A DNA stretch of 64,000 bases from Caldisericaceae bacterium. GTDB lineage: Bacteria; Caldisericota; Caldisericia; Caldisericales; Caldisericaceae. The stretch spans positions 1-64,000 of the forward strand of contig JBMFRX010000001.1 of NCBI GenBank assembly GCA_049967855.1, given 5' to 3'. Position 1 is the stretch's first letter. Every line of letters starts with the position of its first letter. The translations under genes were made by a program, and so were the position numbers. Below the pieces are notes generated by a model that was not told where the DNA came from, searched no databases, and saw only the letters and a program-made list of their open reading frames with translations. Below, piece by piece: positions 45,046 through 55,146 of the stretch.

Positions 45046-45899
45046 CAAGAAAAACTTCAGAAAGACTAAAACACATTTATATTCACGGCTACATTATTTT
45101 GTGGATTGCCATAGCTATTTTCCCGATACTGTGGATTATATCAATGGCCCTCAACCCGAATAACGTCTCCAAGCCGACAAGCCTTGTACTGATACCAAAG
45201 GGTGCCTCTCTCCAGTCTTTTGTACAGGTCTTAAAGAGACCATATGAGGCGGCAAACGTTTCTTTCTTGCAGCTCTTAATGAATAGCTTATTTGTTGCAG
45301 GCGGAACAGCGCTTTTCTCTGTTATCTTAGGAGCATCTGCTGCTTATGCATTCTCGCGATTTAAATTTCCAGGAAGGCAAATAGGCATGATTGGTTTTCT
45401 TTTAATTTTCATGCTTCCAGCTACTGCAACCCTTGCGCCTTTATTTGTAATCTTAACCTTGCTTCACATAAGAAATACTCTCTGGGGACTTATATTTGCC
45501 TATGCCTCTGGAGCAATTCCTTTCGGAATATGGAACCTTAAAGGTTACTTTGATACAGTTCCTGTTGACCTTGAGGAGGCGGCTTTAATCGACGGGTGTG
45601 ATAGGAATCAGGCTTTTGTCAGGGTGATTCTTCCTCTTTCTTTGCCTGCACTTGCAGTGACTTTTCTTTATGGGTTTATGAATGGTTGGATGGAGTGGAT
45701 GCTTGCGTGGACATTCCTGACAAAGCCCTCAAATTTCACTCTTGCAATGACGCTATATAATATGCAGGGTCAGTGGAATACGCCTTGGTCGAATTTTGCC
45801 GCATTCTCGATAATTATTTCCTTGCCAGTTCTTATAATATGGTTCCTCTTACAAAAATATATTGTTTCAGGTCTTACCCTCGGTGGAGTTAAGGGATAA
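45042..45899 (+). CDS. Sugar ABC transporter permease (MalG-like)
   Basis: AYAFSRF.F.G, KGYFDTVP.DLEEAALIDG, LQKYIVSGLT.GGVKG. Confidence 0.92.
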   Translation: MTRKTSERLKHIYIHGYIILWIAIAIFPILWIISMALNPNNVSKPTSLVLIPKGASLQSFVQVLKRPYEAANVSFLQLLMNSLFVAGGTALFSVILGASAAYAFSRFKFPGRQIGMIGFLLIFMLPATATLAPLFVILTLLHIRNTLWGLIFAYASGAIPFGIWNLKGYFDTVPVDLEEAALIDGCDRNQAFVRVILPLSLPALAVTFLYGFMNGWMEWMLAWTFLTKPSNFTLAMTLYNMQGQWNTPWSNFAAFSIIISLPVLIIWFLLQKYIVSGLTLGGVKG

Positions 45900-47664
45900 T
45901 TTTACAACCTGGGAGAAAGGTTTAAAAGACGGAATCGGTACTGCTTTAACGAGCAAATCGCTTGTTTATTTTACTATTGGCAATGGAATACTCACCGAGA
46001 CTTATTACCCTTCACCTGACACCATCGCACTGCATTCCTTGAGATTCTTCATAAATGATGCAATTGATGAATCAACTCTTCCATATGATGTATCAATAGA
46101 GAATCTCAATGCGCCTCTTTATAAGGTTCGAACACTTTTTGGAAGCATTGCAATAGAAAAGGAGTTCTTTGCTGATAACGATTCTTCAAATTTGAGAATC
46201 CACTACGATTTTGGAGAGCCACTTTCTGGAACGTTCAAGATTTTTCCAATAATAGACAACGCTAAAGTAGAATCACGCGAAAGCGAGTTTTTCATTTTTG
46301 GTAAAGATAAGGTAATTGCGTTCTCATTTGACAAAAAGTTTGAGAGCATTGAGTATGAAGAATACATTTTTGTCCACTTTAAGAAGCTTAAAGAGCTAAG
46401 CATCAAAATTCTCTTTGGCGATATCAAAAACTTTAAGAAAACTAATAATAAAGACCTTCAGGATATTCACAGCATAAAAAAGGACTTTGTTAGAGGGTGG
46501 GAGTCTTATCTTAACAAGTTTGATTTTAATTCAAAAAGCACTCTTTATTTGAGAAGTGCAATAATGATAAAATCAATGGAGGATAAGATACACAAAGGCG
46601 CTACAGTTGCATCGCTTGCTCTCCCGTGGGGAAGCAAATTTCCCCTTTCTGAAAATAACGGGTATCATCTGGTCTGGGTAAGAGACCTCTTCTTTACATC
46701 TCTGGCTATGGCCTCTATGGGAGATTTTGCCTTTGCAAACTCTTCGCTTGAGTACATGTTTGCTTATCTTAGAAGAGCTGATGGAAGTTTCAAGCAAAAC
46801 TCAACAATAGATGGTCGCGAACGTTGGAATGCAACTCAAATGGACCAGGCAGCTTTTCCTATAATACTTGCCTATAAGCTTGGGCGAAAAGACCTCATAG
46901 AGGAACTCAGAGTAACTGCGGATTTTATAGTGGAACAGGGACCAAAAACCGAACAGGAAAGATGGGAAGAGATTGGCGGTTACTCGGCTTATTCGATGAG
47001 CCTTGAAGCACGTGCTTTGGAGCTTTATGCTTTGATGAGCAACGATAGAAAAGGTGCTCATAAATATCAAACAAAGGCTTTGGAATTCAAAAGATTGATT
47101 GCAAGGAAAACTCTTGCAGTAGCAGGTAAATTTGGCAAGTATTACTTTGTAAGGATTTCAAATGGTGATGCAGATGCAACTTCAAAGGAGCTATTTCTCA
47201 AGAACAGTTACTTTGCTCCCAGCGAAATGGTATCGAATGATTTTATTTACACTGTTTTTACAGGAATTTATCCGCATTTTGATTTCAGGATTTCCGAGAG
47301 CCTCAAAGCTTCAGATTCTCTTTTGAGGATTGATACGCCAAGGGGTCCGTCTTTCTACAGATATAATGGAGATGTCTATGGTTTTGATAATCCTCTTTCT
47401 CCAAAAGGGAGGCTCTGGGTTTTGTTAACGGCTGAACGTGGAATGCTTGAGCTTTACAGAGGCAAATTAGATGAGTCCAAAAAGTTTCTTAATGCACTTG
47501 AGCAGTTTGCCACTAAACAGTACATTCTTCCGGAGCAGGTTTTTGAAAATGGAGAGCCTACTGAATCTTCAGCTCCTCTTGCCTGGTCTCACGCAAGCTA
47601 TATGATTTTGCATGATAGAATCTTGAGAAAAGACATTCCTTCTCTGCATAACCCGTACTTGTAG
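45883..47664 (+). CDS. Glycoside hydrolase family 15 (glucoamylase/glucodextranase-like)
   Basis: GIGTA..S..YFT..GILTE.YYP, YHLVWVRD, QERWEE, YRYNGD.YG, GRLW.LL.AERG, LPEQV, PLAWSHA; start uncertain (GTG 45883). Confidence 0.88.
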   Translation: MELRDNFTTWEKGLKDGIGTALTSKSLVYFTIGNGILTETYYPSPDTIALHSLRFFINDAIDESTLPYDVSIENLNAPLYKVRTLFGSIAIEKEFFADNDSSNLRIHYDFGEPLSGTFKIFPIIDNAKVESRESEFFIFGKDKVIAFSFDKKFESIEYEEYIFVHFKKLKELSIKILFGDIKNFKKTNNKDLQDIHSIKKDFVRGWESYLNKFDFNSKSTLYLRSAIMIKSMEDKIHKGATVASLALPWGSKFPLSENNGYHLVWVRDLFFTSLAMASMGDFAFANSSLEYMFAYLRRADGSFKQNSTIDGRERWNATQMDQAAFPIILAYKLGRKDLIEELRVTADFIVEQGPKTEQERWEEIGGYSAYSMSLEARALELYALMSNDRKGAHKYQTKALEFKRLIARKTLAVAGKFGKYYFVRISNGDADATSKELFLKNSYFAPSEMVSNDFIYTVFTGIYPHFDFRISESLKASDSLLRIDTPRGPSFYRYNGDVYGFDNPLSPKGRLWVLLTAERGMLELYRGKLDESKKFLNALEQFATKQYILPEQVFENGEPTESSAPLAWSHASYMILHDRILRKDIPSLHNPYL

Positions 47665-47861
47665 GGGCCTTGCCTGGTGCTTCGAGTTGCCCGGGTACGG
47701 CTTTCGAAATCTCCTTAGATAGTTTCTCTTGATAATGAGCCCGAATAATAGTTCTTCCAGAATAACTTATGAGGAGATTTGTAGTTTGAACAATGTTTTG
47801 ACCTATAATTGCCAGGAAGTCCTTTTTGTGAACTCTCTGGCAATCTTGAAGTATTTCCGAC

Positions 47862-48614
47862 CTATTCAGGTATCCTGTACCAATCAGGATTTTCTTCTAA
47901 CTGAGGCTTAATCTCAAATGCCCAGTCCAAGAATTTGTTAACTGCTTGTTTGCCTTCTATACGTGCCCCATGCTGAGGCACAATTTGCTCGACGTCGAGT
48001 GTTCTCACCATTTCGACCCACTTCTTAATTGCGAAAGATGAGGGCATATATCTTTTGTGAAATGCGTCCATAAACTTTGTGTGAGATTCAAAATCGTTCA
48101 CGACTTCGTAGTCAACCCCAACTGATGCTCCGAAATCGCCTGTGAAAAGTATTTTGGATGTTGGGTCGTAGATTTGAAAGTTTCCCTCGGAATGCAGGAA
48201 ATGTGCAGGAATTAGAACAACTTTAGAGCTTCCAATTGCAAGATTCATTCCGTGGTCCGGAATTCCAAGTGTTCTTTCATCGGCAAGTTTCTTTGACGCA
48301 TAATGAGGAATAAACCGAAGCCACAATTCGGAAAATACAATTTTAGCGTTTGTAGAGAAAAGCCAGAAATTAAGAGAAGCCCCTACATCAGGGTCCTGAT
48401 GAGACAGAACAATGTACTTTATTTTCTGTGGTGCGATAAAAGAAGCTATCTCAACGAAGAGATTGCTGTTTGTCCTTGTACCTCCTGGTTCAAAGAGAAT
48501 TGCTTCGTCGGAGTCAATAATCAAGAACTGGTTTGTGGATACTTCGTCTTCGCTGTCGAAACCTGTGAATTTGACACATTTGTGATTCGCGTTTTCGTAA
48601 AGTTTTGTAAACAT
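47862..48614 (-). CDS. MBL-fold di-iron protein, ODP/flavodiiron N-terminal-like
   Basis: NQFLI, SHQDPDV, WLRFIPH, PAHFLHSEGNF..YDP.SKILFTGD, FHKRYMPS, IVPQHG. Confidence 0.85.
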   Translation of the reverse strand: MFTKLYENANHKCVKFTGFDSEDEVSTNQFLIIDSDEAILFEPGGTRTNSNLFVEIASFIAPQKIKYIVLSHQDPDVGASLNFWLFSTNAKIVFSELWLRFIPHYASKKLADERTLGIPDHGMNLAIGSSKVVLIPAHFLHSEGNFQIYDPTSKILFTGDFGASVGVDYEVVNDFESHTKFMDAFHKRYMPSSFAIKKWVEMVRTLDVEQIVPQHGARIEGKQAVNKFLDWAFEIKPQLEENPDWYRIPE

Positions 48615-48649
48615 TTCAAGCCTCCTGTGCTTATACGATATTTAGTCCA

Positions 48650-48678
48650 ATTATAATATATACGGTGGCTGGTGTCAA
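48650..48678 (-). promoter_or_regulatory. Consensus sigma70 promoter of the ODP-like gene
   Basis: Minus strand TTGACA-17nt-TATAAT perfect consensus. Confidence 0.8.
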
Positions 48679-48796
48679 GGACATAGCTTTTCTTTAACTC
48701 TTTCTGCTTTTGAAAGTCAAACATTCATACCGAAGAGTTCTTGAGCCTCTTGATTTTTATTGATTCATGTGTAAAATCACTTTGAGGAATAGTGCA

Positions 48797-49252
48797 ATGG
48801 AAGCAAATGATAAATGGATTTTTTGGATTGTGGCAAGTCTGGTAATGACTGTTGACCAGGCTTCAAAGGCAATTGTGAGGTCAAAGCTATCCGTAGGACA
48901 CAATATTCCTATTCTGGGCAGAATATTCTCGATTGAATATTTACAGAATCCTGGCGCTTTGTTTGGATTATTCCCATCACTTACAAAATACTTTATTGTG
49001 ATGAGTATTATTGCGATTATACTGATAGGATTTATAACCGTTAGATTTCCTTTTTCGAGGTTTGTGCTTGTTTCTTTTGGTCTTATGATAGGGGGCATTT
49101 CTGGCAATCTTATAGATAGGATTGTTTTCGGGTATGTAACTGACTTTCTATACATTACTCACTGGCCTATATTCAACATAGCCGATTCTGCAATCGATGT
49201 TGGAATTGCAATTTTTGTTTACTATGTTCTGAGATATGGAAAATACTTTTGA
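48797..49252 (+). CDS. lspA: Lipoprotein signal peptidase II
   Basis: DQASK, NPGALFG, GG..GNLIDR...GYVTDF, PIFNIADS. Confidence 0.95.
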   Translation: MEANDKWIFWIVASLVMTVDQASKAIVRSKLSVGHNIPILGRIFSIEYLQNPGALFGLFPSLTKYFIVMSIIAIILIGFITVRFPFSRFVLVSFGLMIGGISGNLIDRIVFGYVTDFLYITHWPIFNIADSAIDVGIAIFVYYVLRYGKYF

Positions 49253-50150
49253 AGCTGATAATAGCGAGCGGCTTGATTTGTTTCTTGTTGAGAAAAGCGG
49301 AAAGAGCCGCAGTTCAGTCCAGAAACTTGTAAGGCAAGGCTTTGTGGCTGTCAATGGCAGAATAATTACCAAGTCATCCTTTTTGATTAAGAGCGGAGAC
49401 GTAATCAGTTATAAAGAGCCTGAGTTAGTTGCTCTTTCTCTTGAGAAGGATGAGCACCCAATCAAAATAGTTTATGAAGATAAATATCTTCTTATTGTTG
49501 ATAAGGAGGCTGGGCTTACAGTTCATCCTGTAGGGTCGAGGGTTAGCAACACTCTTGTAAATAGGCTTCTTTTTTCTGTAAAGGATTTGTCAGGTATTGG
49601 CGGAACTATGAGGCCTGGTATCGTGCATAGGCTTGATAAGGACACTTCTGGATTGATGGTGGTTGCAAAGAATGACGAGGCTCACATTAAACTTTCCAGA
49701 ATGCTTAAGGAGCATCAAATCAAAAGGAAATACATAGCGCTTGTAAAGGGCAATTTTAAGGAAAGGACAGGCACTATTAACCTGCCGATTAAGCGAAAAC
49801 AGGGCGAGACAAAAATGACCATATCGGTTCTTGGAAGAGAAGCCATCACACATTACAGAGTTCTTGAATCCATTGGCCCTTACTCTTTAATGCAGGTTGA
49901 GCTTGAGACAGGAAGAACTCACCAGATCAGAGTTCATTTTTCACATATTGGGCACCCTTTGGTGGGAGATCAACTTTACGGAGGGAAGAACCCTCCCGAA
50001 ATTACTTTAAAAAGACAATTTCTCCACTCCTATGAGATTTCGTTCAGACATCCTATAATAGGAAATAAGGTGTTGAGATTTTCTTGTTTGCCTTACGATC
50101 TTGTAGACACCCTTAGAGTGATTAGGAAGAAATGGAAGAACAAAGAGTAA
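49236..50150 (+). CDS. RluA/RluD-family pseudouridine synthase with S4 domain
   Basis: RLDLFL, YED, VHRLDKDTSG, TGRTHQIRVH, GD.LYG. Confidence 0.94.
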   Translation: MENTFEADNSERLDLFLVEKSGKSRSSVQKLVRQGFVAVNGRIITKSSFLIKSGDVISYKEPELVALSLEKDEHPIKIVYEDKYLLIVDKEAGLTVHPVGSRVSNTLVNRLLFSVKDLSGIGGTMRPGIVHRLDKDTSGLMVVAKNDEAHIKLSRMLKEHQIKRKYIALVKGNFKERTGTINLPIKRKQGETKMTISVLGREAITHYRVLESIGPYSLMQVELETGRTHQIRVHFSHIGHPLVGDQLYGGKNPPEITLKRQFLHSYEISFRHPIIGNKVLRFSCLPYDLVDTLRVIRKKWKNKE

Positions 50151-50584
50151 TTGCTACAAACAAGCGTACACTAAGAGACTTTGAGATAATCGATAGCTAT
50201 GAAGCCGGAGTAGAACTGGAGGGATTTGAAGTTAAATCGATTAGAGCAGGGCGAACTAGCATCGAAGGTAGCTATATAAAAGAGTCGAATGGAGAGTTAT
50301 TCATTTACAAGATGTTTGTCGCTGCTAACCCTTCGGCTCATTCCTCAATTTCTGAGAAAAGAAAGAGAAAGTTGCTCTTGCACAGATATGAGATTATTCG
50401 TCTTTCCTCTAAGGTGAAAGAACGAGGCTTTACAATACTGCCAATAGATGTTCATACCAGTGGAAACAGGATTAAACTTAATATTGCACTGGCAAGACAC
50501 AAAAAGCTATATGGCGGAAAGGAAAAAATCGAATCTAAAAGAATAACTGAAGAAACACGCAATTTAAGGAGGTCTTTCAGGTGA
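50132..50584 (+). CDS. smpB: SsrA-binding protein
   Basis: IATNK, YEAGVEL.GFEVKSIR.G, RKLLLHR.EI, G.TILP. Confidence 0.9.
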   Translation: MEEQRVIATNKRTLRDFEIIDSYEAGVELEGFEVKSIRAGRTSIEGSYIKESNGELFIYKMFVAANPSAHSSISEKRKRKLLLHRYEIIRLSSKVKERGFTILPIDVHTSGNRIKLNIALARHKKLYGGKEKIESKRITEETRNLRRSFR

Positions 50585-53004
50585 AGAAACTAGTAATTTT
50601 TCTTATGATAATTTCAATTCTGTTTTCTTTTATACGCCCTGCGAGTGCTGATGCGCAGCAGCAACTTCTCAAATGTAACACCGATAGCACGAATGTAAGA
50701 AAGTCTGCAGGGACTACATCAAGTATAGTTTTTAAACTTTCGTACGGTGATTATGTTTTGAAACTCACAAGCGTAAAGGATGGGTCGGGAAACTTATGGT
50801 TCCAGATCTATGATTTCAATTCAAACAGAAGTGGATTTGTTGCTTCTTGGCTTCTTGATTTTACCGGTATTACTATAACAGGAAAAGACACAACATTCAC
50901 TGCAAGAGTGAATACGGAATCTTTAAATGTAAGAGCAGGTCCAGGCAGAGAGTTCAAGCTTGTTTCAACTCTTCCGCAGGGAAACAAAATCAGTGTCACA
51001 AGAATAGTAACAAGAAGTGATAAAGAAGAATGGTACAAGTTTAAAGCAAGTAATGGCCAATACTATTTTGTTGCAGGGTGGTATACTGAAAAATTTTCGC
51101 AAGCTACGCCAACACCATCAAATCCTGAGCCATCACCGGCCTCAAATACCACCACTCAAACTGCCGCTACATCTGACTATTTGAACCTTAGGGAAGGACC
51201 TTCAACGGACTATTCAAAGATTGCTTTGATTGATAAAGGAGATGCTGTTCAAATTGTTGGAGCAGCTAAAAATGCAAATGGCGAGCTTTGGGCACAGGTT
51301 GTTTACAAGAGCTTTACTGGATGGGCAATTGCTGATTATCTTACCTATAAGAATACTTTAAATATTGATACAACCGTTATAGGCGGCACAGCTATTGCAA
51401 ATGATGTTATAAATGTCAGAGAGTTGCCAACAACTTTGTCAGCTGTTTTAAGCACACTTGCCAAAGGATTTTCAGTCGACATTGTTGGAGTTGCTATGAA
51501 CAAGGATAAGGAGATATGGTACGAGGTAAGACAGAATTCAAAATTCGGATGGGTTCTGTCGAGTTTGTTCTCTGTTAAAAAGAAAGATAAGGGGACAATA
51601 AAAAGCATTACCTGGAGCATTGCCTCTACTGGCATAGATATAAATATTAGTGGTCAAAGCATACCGAGCCCTCAAGTTTCATTGCTTGAGAACCCCACGC
51701 GTCTTACGCTTAATTTCAGTTTGACTTCGCTTGTGAGCCAGAGCGGCTCGACTGAACTTAATATATATCCGATAATTAGAGTAAGATACGATTTGGCAGA
51801 CGAAGGCACATTGGTAACAGTTGACCTAATTAGAGAAATTCCGTATGAAGTTGAATATAAGAGCAATTCACTCATTATAGTACATTTAACTTTGCCTAAG
51901 GTTGGTCAAAAATTGGTTGAGGTTTCTGGAAGGGAAATCTACGCCAATGTCAACTCAAAGGATGGAGAATCTTACATTGATATCGATGATTTTGCAAGAA
52001 GCTTTGATATTTCAATCGACAAAACTAATCTTTCTTTCAGCTTCTTTGGCAAGAATATAACCTTGGACAAGTCAAGTATTGTCCAGGATGGCTCGTCTAT
52101 GTTTGTTGCAGTTTCATATATCTGTAAGCTTCTAAACATTTCTCTCACCGAGACAGAACATGAAATATATCTTGACCCAACACTACTGGACTACAGCAAA
52201 TCAAGCAATTCAATAAATTTGAAATTCTCTTTTCCAACTGATGCGAAGAAGATCACTGAGAACGGAAAAAGTAATGTAGCATTCTATGCGGATGCAGGTA
52301 CATTTAGTCTTGATAACTCAAGAAAGCGTGACGGTAACAACCCGCCAGAAATTGTGTTTGAGGTTACGCCAGCTGCAACTATTGTTGCAAAGGAAAATAC
52401 GGTTCAAATTAGCCTTGCAGATGTTCCAAAAGCAGGGAAGCTTTCTCAGAAAACTATTGTTATAGACCCTGGCCATGGCAGCTATACTGGCCCGTACCTT
52501 GACGTAGGTGCTGTTGGCCCAAGCGGGGTTAAAGAGGCATATGTTGTTCTTGACATTGCTCTTAGGCTGCAAAAGCTACTTGAAGCAGAAGGCGCAAATG
52601 TCATACTCACTCACACGACGGTTGATAGTCAATCAAATCCTACCCTATCTGAGAGAGCTGCAATAGCAAATAGTTCTGGTGGAGACTTGTTTATTTCAAT
52701 TCACCTAAATGCAAGTATTGATGCAAAAGGCAACGGAACTGAGACTTACTATTGGTATGATACTTCCAAAAAATTTGCACAGTCTATTCAAAGTTCTCTC
52801 GTGCAGGCATTGGGAACTTCTGACAGAGGTGTCAAAAAAGATGATTTGTATGTGTGCAAAAATGTTACAACAATGCCCTCAATTCTTGCAGAGATTGTAT
52901 TTGTTTCTAATCCTACTGAGGAATCAAAGTGCAAGAACAGTAATTTTCTTGATACCGTTGCACAGGCTTTGAAGCAGGGAATTGAAAACTATCTTATCGG
53001 TTAG
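50581..53004 (+). CDS. Secreted N-acetylmuramoyl-L-alanine amidase with multiple SH3b domains
   Basis: Signal peptide; four NVR/NLR..P SH3b-like repeats; C-terminal Amidase_3 IDPGHG, E, SIHLNA, PSILAE. Confidence 0.9.
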   Translation: MKKLVIFLMIISILFSFIRPASADAQQQLLKCNTDSTNVRKSAGTTSSIVFKLSYGDYVLKLTSVKDGSGNLWFQIYDFNSNRSGFVASWLLDFTGITITGKDTTFTARVNTESLNVRAGPGREFKLVSTLPQGNKISVTRIVTRSDKEEWYKFKASNGQYYFVAGWYTEKFSQATPTPSNPEPSPASNTTTQTAATSDYLNLREGPSTDYSKIALIDKGDAVQIVGAAKNANGELWAQVVYKSFTGWAIADYLTYKNTLNIDTTVIGGTAIANDVINVRELPTTLSAVLSTLAKGFSVDIVGVAMNKDKEIWYEVRQNSKFGWVLSSLFSVKKKDKGTIKSITWSIASTGIDINISGQSIPSPQVSLLENPTRLTLNFSLTSLVSQSGSTELNIYPIIRVRYDLADEGTLVTVDLIREIPYEVEYKSNSLIIVHLTLPKVGQKLVEVSGREIYANVNSKDGESYIDIDDFARSFDISIDKTNLSFSFFGKNITLDKSSIVQDGSSMFVAVSYICKLLNISLTETEHEIYLDPTLLDYSKSSNSINLKFSFPTDAKKITENGKSNVAFYADAGTFSLDNSRKRDGNNPPEIVFEVTPAATIVAKENTVQISLADVPKAGKLSQKTIVIDPGHGSYTGPYLDVGAVGPSGVKEAYVVLDIALRLQKLLEAEGANVILTHTTVDSQSNPTLSERAAIANSSGGDLFISIHLNASIDAKGNGTETYYWYDTSKKFAQSIQSSLVQALGTSDRGVKKDDLYVCKNVTTMPSILAEIVFVSNPTEESKCKNSNFLDTVAQALKQGIENYLIG

Positions 53005-53009
53005 GAATA

Positions 53010-53816
53010 ATGGAAGAGATTTACTCTAGACTGCCAATAGGAGTTTTTGATTCGGGTGTTGGCGGTTTGACAGTTGTAAACAACCTTTTGAAGCTCTTGC
53101 CTAACGAGGATATAATTTACTTTGCAGACACCAAAAACTTTCCTTACGGTACGAAAACTGAAGATGAAGTAAAATCATATGCCGATAAAGTCTTAAGGTT
53201 TTTGCTCAATGAAAAAGTTAAAGCAGTAATTGTGGCATGCAATACTGTTTCCTCGATTGCTATTCCTGACCTTATTGACGTTGCCAAGCCCATTCCAGTT
53301 TTTGGAATGATACAAGCAGGGGCAAGATATTCGCTCAGGAGCACGAAAAATAAGAGAATCGGAGTAATTTCTACCCCTCTCACCGCAAAGAAACACGCCT
53401 ACAAAAGTGAGATCCTAAGGATAGATCCTCACGCTGCTGTTTTTGAGGTTGGCTCCCAGGAGCTTGTAAACTTAGTTGAGGACGGAAATATTGAAAACAA
53501 AAGTGCCTTTGAGCTTGCCAGGGAGAAATTGCAGTGCCCCTTGAGCGAGAACATAGATACTCTCATTCTTGGATGCACGCATTTCCCTTTCCTGTACACT
53601 GTCGTAAAGAGTGTTGTGGGAGGCACAGTCAGCGTAATTGACCCATCTGATTACCTTGTTGTTCAACTGAGAAACTATCTTTCCGAAAGGAATCTTTTTA
53701 ATTCCTCACATAGGATTGACCGCTATTTTACCTCTGGAGACAAAATAGAATTTTTGAACAAAACTCGTATCTTCCTTGAGGAGCCTCCAAACAACGTGGA
53801 AAGAGTTGATTTATAA
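53010..53816 (+). CDS. murI: Glutamate racemase
   Basis: FDSGVGGLTV, PYG, VACNT, LGCTHFP. Confidence 0.97.
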   Translation: MEEIYSRLPIGVFDSGVGGLTVVNNLLKLLPNEDIIYFADTKNFPYGTKTEDEVKSYADKVLRFLLNEKVKAVIVACNTVSSIAIPDLIDVAKPIPVFGMIQAGARYSLRSTKNKRIGVISTPLTAKKHAYKSEILRIDPHAAVFEVGSQELVNLVEDGNIENKSAFELAREKLQCPLSENIDTLILGCTHFPFLYTVVKSVVGGTVSVIDPSDYLVVQLRNYLSERNLFNSSHRIDRYFTSGDKIEFLNKTRIFLEEPPNNVERVDL

Positions 53817-53891
53817 ATAAGCAAAATTCCAGAAAATTAGTCTTCCAATCTGTTGCTATTGTTGCTATTAAGGCGCTTAATCAGTTTTAAA

Positions 53892-54650
53892 TCACAGTTT
53901 TAATGTCATTCCATCTGTTGCTGCAACCGTTTTTATGCCCAAATCCTGTGTTAGTTTCTCGGCCTGTTCAAAGGGTTTAGCACTGAGCATAGTCATACCA
54001 AAGTGTGTGAGGACTGCTACTTTCGGTTTAATAAGAGTTATTAAGGATTTTGCATCCTCCAAAGAGAGATGTTTTAGGTTAGCCATTGGGGTAAAACGTA
54101 CAACATTCATTATTAGTACATCACTTTTTGAGTAATAATCTGCTAATTCAGGAAAGAATAAAGTATCTATAATGAAAGAAACCGTGACGCTTCCGACCGT
54201 CATTTTAAAACCGTATGTCTCTCACGCATGTTCGTGTTTATAAGCTGTGAATGATATGTCTCCAACACTGTAAGTTTTCTTGTGGCTCAAGATAAATACG
54301 TTTTCAAGGAAAGGGACAAGATAAGGTAATATGACTCGATTTTCTCCAGTTATTGCTTCTCCTGGAGCGAATAACAGGCCTCTCTTCTCGAGGCCTCCAT
54401 CTGTCATTGAGTCAATTATTACGTTTGCATCTGAAGAATGATCGAGGTGAATGTGAGAAAGGATTATGCCATCTATGGACTTTGTATCCATCTTTGGTCT
54501 TGACTTTGCAAGTCTCACGAGTGTTCCAGGACCTGGGTCCATAAGCAATGTTGTTGTATTTGATTTTATTATAGTCCCTGCTGAGTATCGCAACTGTTTT
54601 GCAACTACAAAACGTGCTCCAGCTGTACCAAGGAATTTTATTTTGCTCAT
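53892..54650 (-). CDS. MBL-fold metallo-hydrolase with an in-frame TGA at 54222-54224 (252 codons if read through)
   Basis: ORFs 54222..54650 (FLGTAG, DPGPG, SHIHLDHSSD) and 53892..54203 (DT, HLS, LTHFG) are in the same frame: CAT GCG TGA GAG ACA TAC GGT TTT AAA ATG. Confidence 0.85.
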
Positions 54651-54982
54651 TTCAGATAATCATAGTGCTCATAATAACCATAGAAATTTCCTTGCGGGTT
54701 CTTAACGCTTCTTACGAATGTACGTTTTGTTGGGCTTTCTCCTTCAAACCATTCATCTTCGCCGCTCTTTAAAACTGCTACAATCTCAATGATTTTTCTT
54801 ATGGATTGTTCACTATTGTGGCAATCGAACACCTTTTTTCCTATTAACGCTTTTCCTCCTCTGTCTTGATATTGCATAGCCCCTTTTTCGTTCATAAATA
54901 CAATTATATGATTTGAATCGATAATTACTAAAGGCTCATCGGTCGTTTGCAATAAACTGTCAATGAATTCAAAATTCTGCAT
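54647..54982 (-). CDS. Stand-alone PAS-domain protein
   Basis: VIIDSNHIIVFMN, LIGK.VFDCH, VRSVKN..G.F.GYYE; ATG at 54982 after GAGGTG; stop overlaps the MBL start (ATGA). Confidence 0.75.
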   Translation of the reverse strand: MQNFEFIDSLLQTTDEPLVIIDSNHIIVFMNEKGAMQYQDRGGKALIGKKVFDCHNSEQSIRKIIEIVAVLKSGEDEWFEGESPTKRTFVRSVKNPQGNFYGYYEHYDYLK

Positions 54983-55146
54983 TGTTGTCACCTCTTGCAT
55001 ATTATACGTAAAAGTTCAAAAAATTTTATGATTGCATTGGATTTGTTAACAATTATTAAATCTGATTTTAAGCGTTGTTATTGTTAAAATTGTTTTTGTT
55101 TTTTGAGTATTTGCATATAATATAAAAAAATAATAGGAGGAACGAA

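Noticed and set aside
47665..47861. About 200-nt gap with minus-strand ILEELLF reminiscent of a CAAX protease, and a GC-richer patch
   Set aside because: No start codon or RBS, a stop immediately upstream, and too short to support a gene or RNA call.
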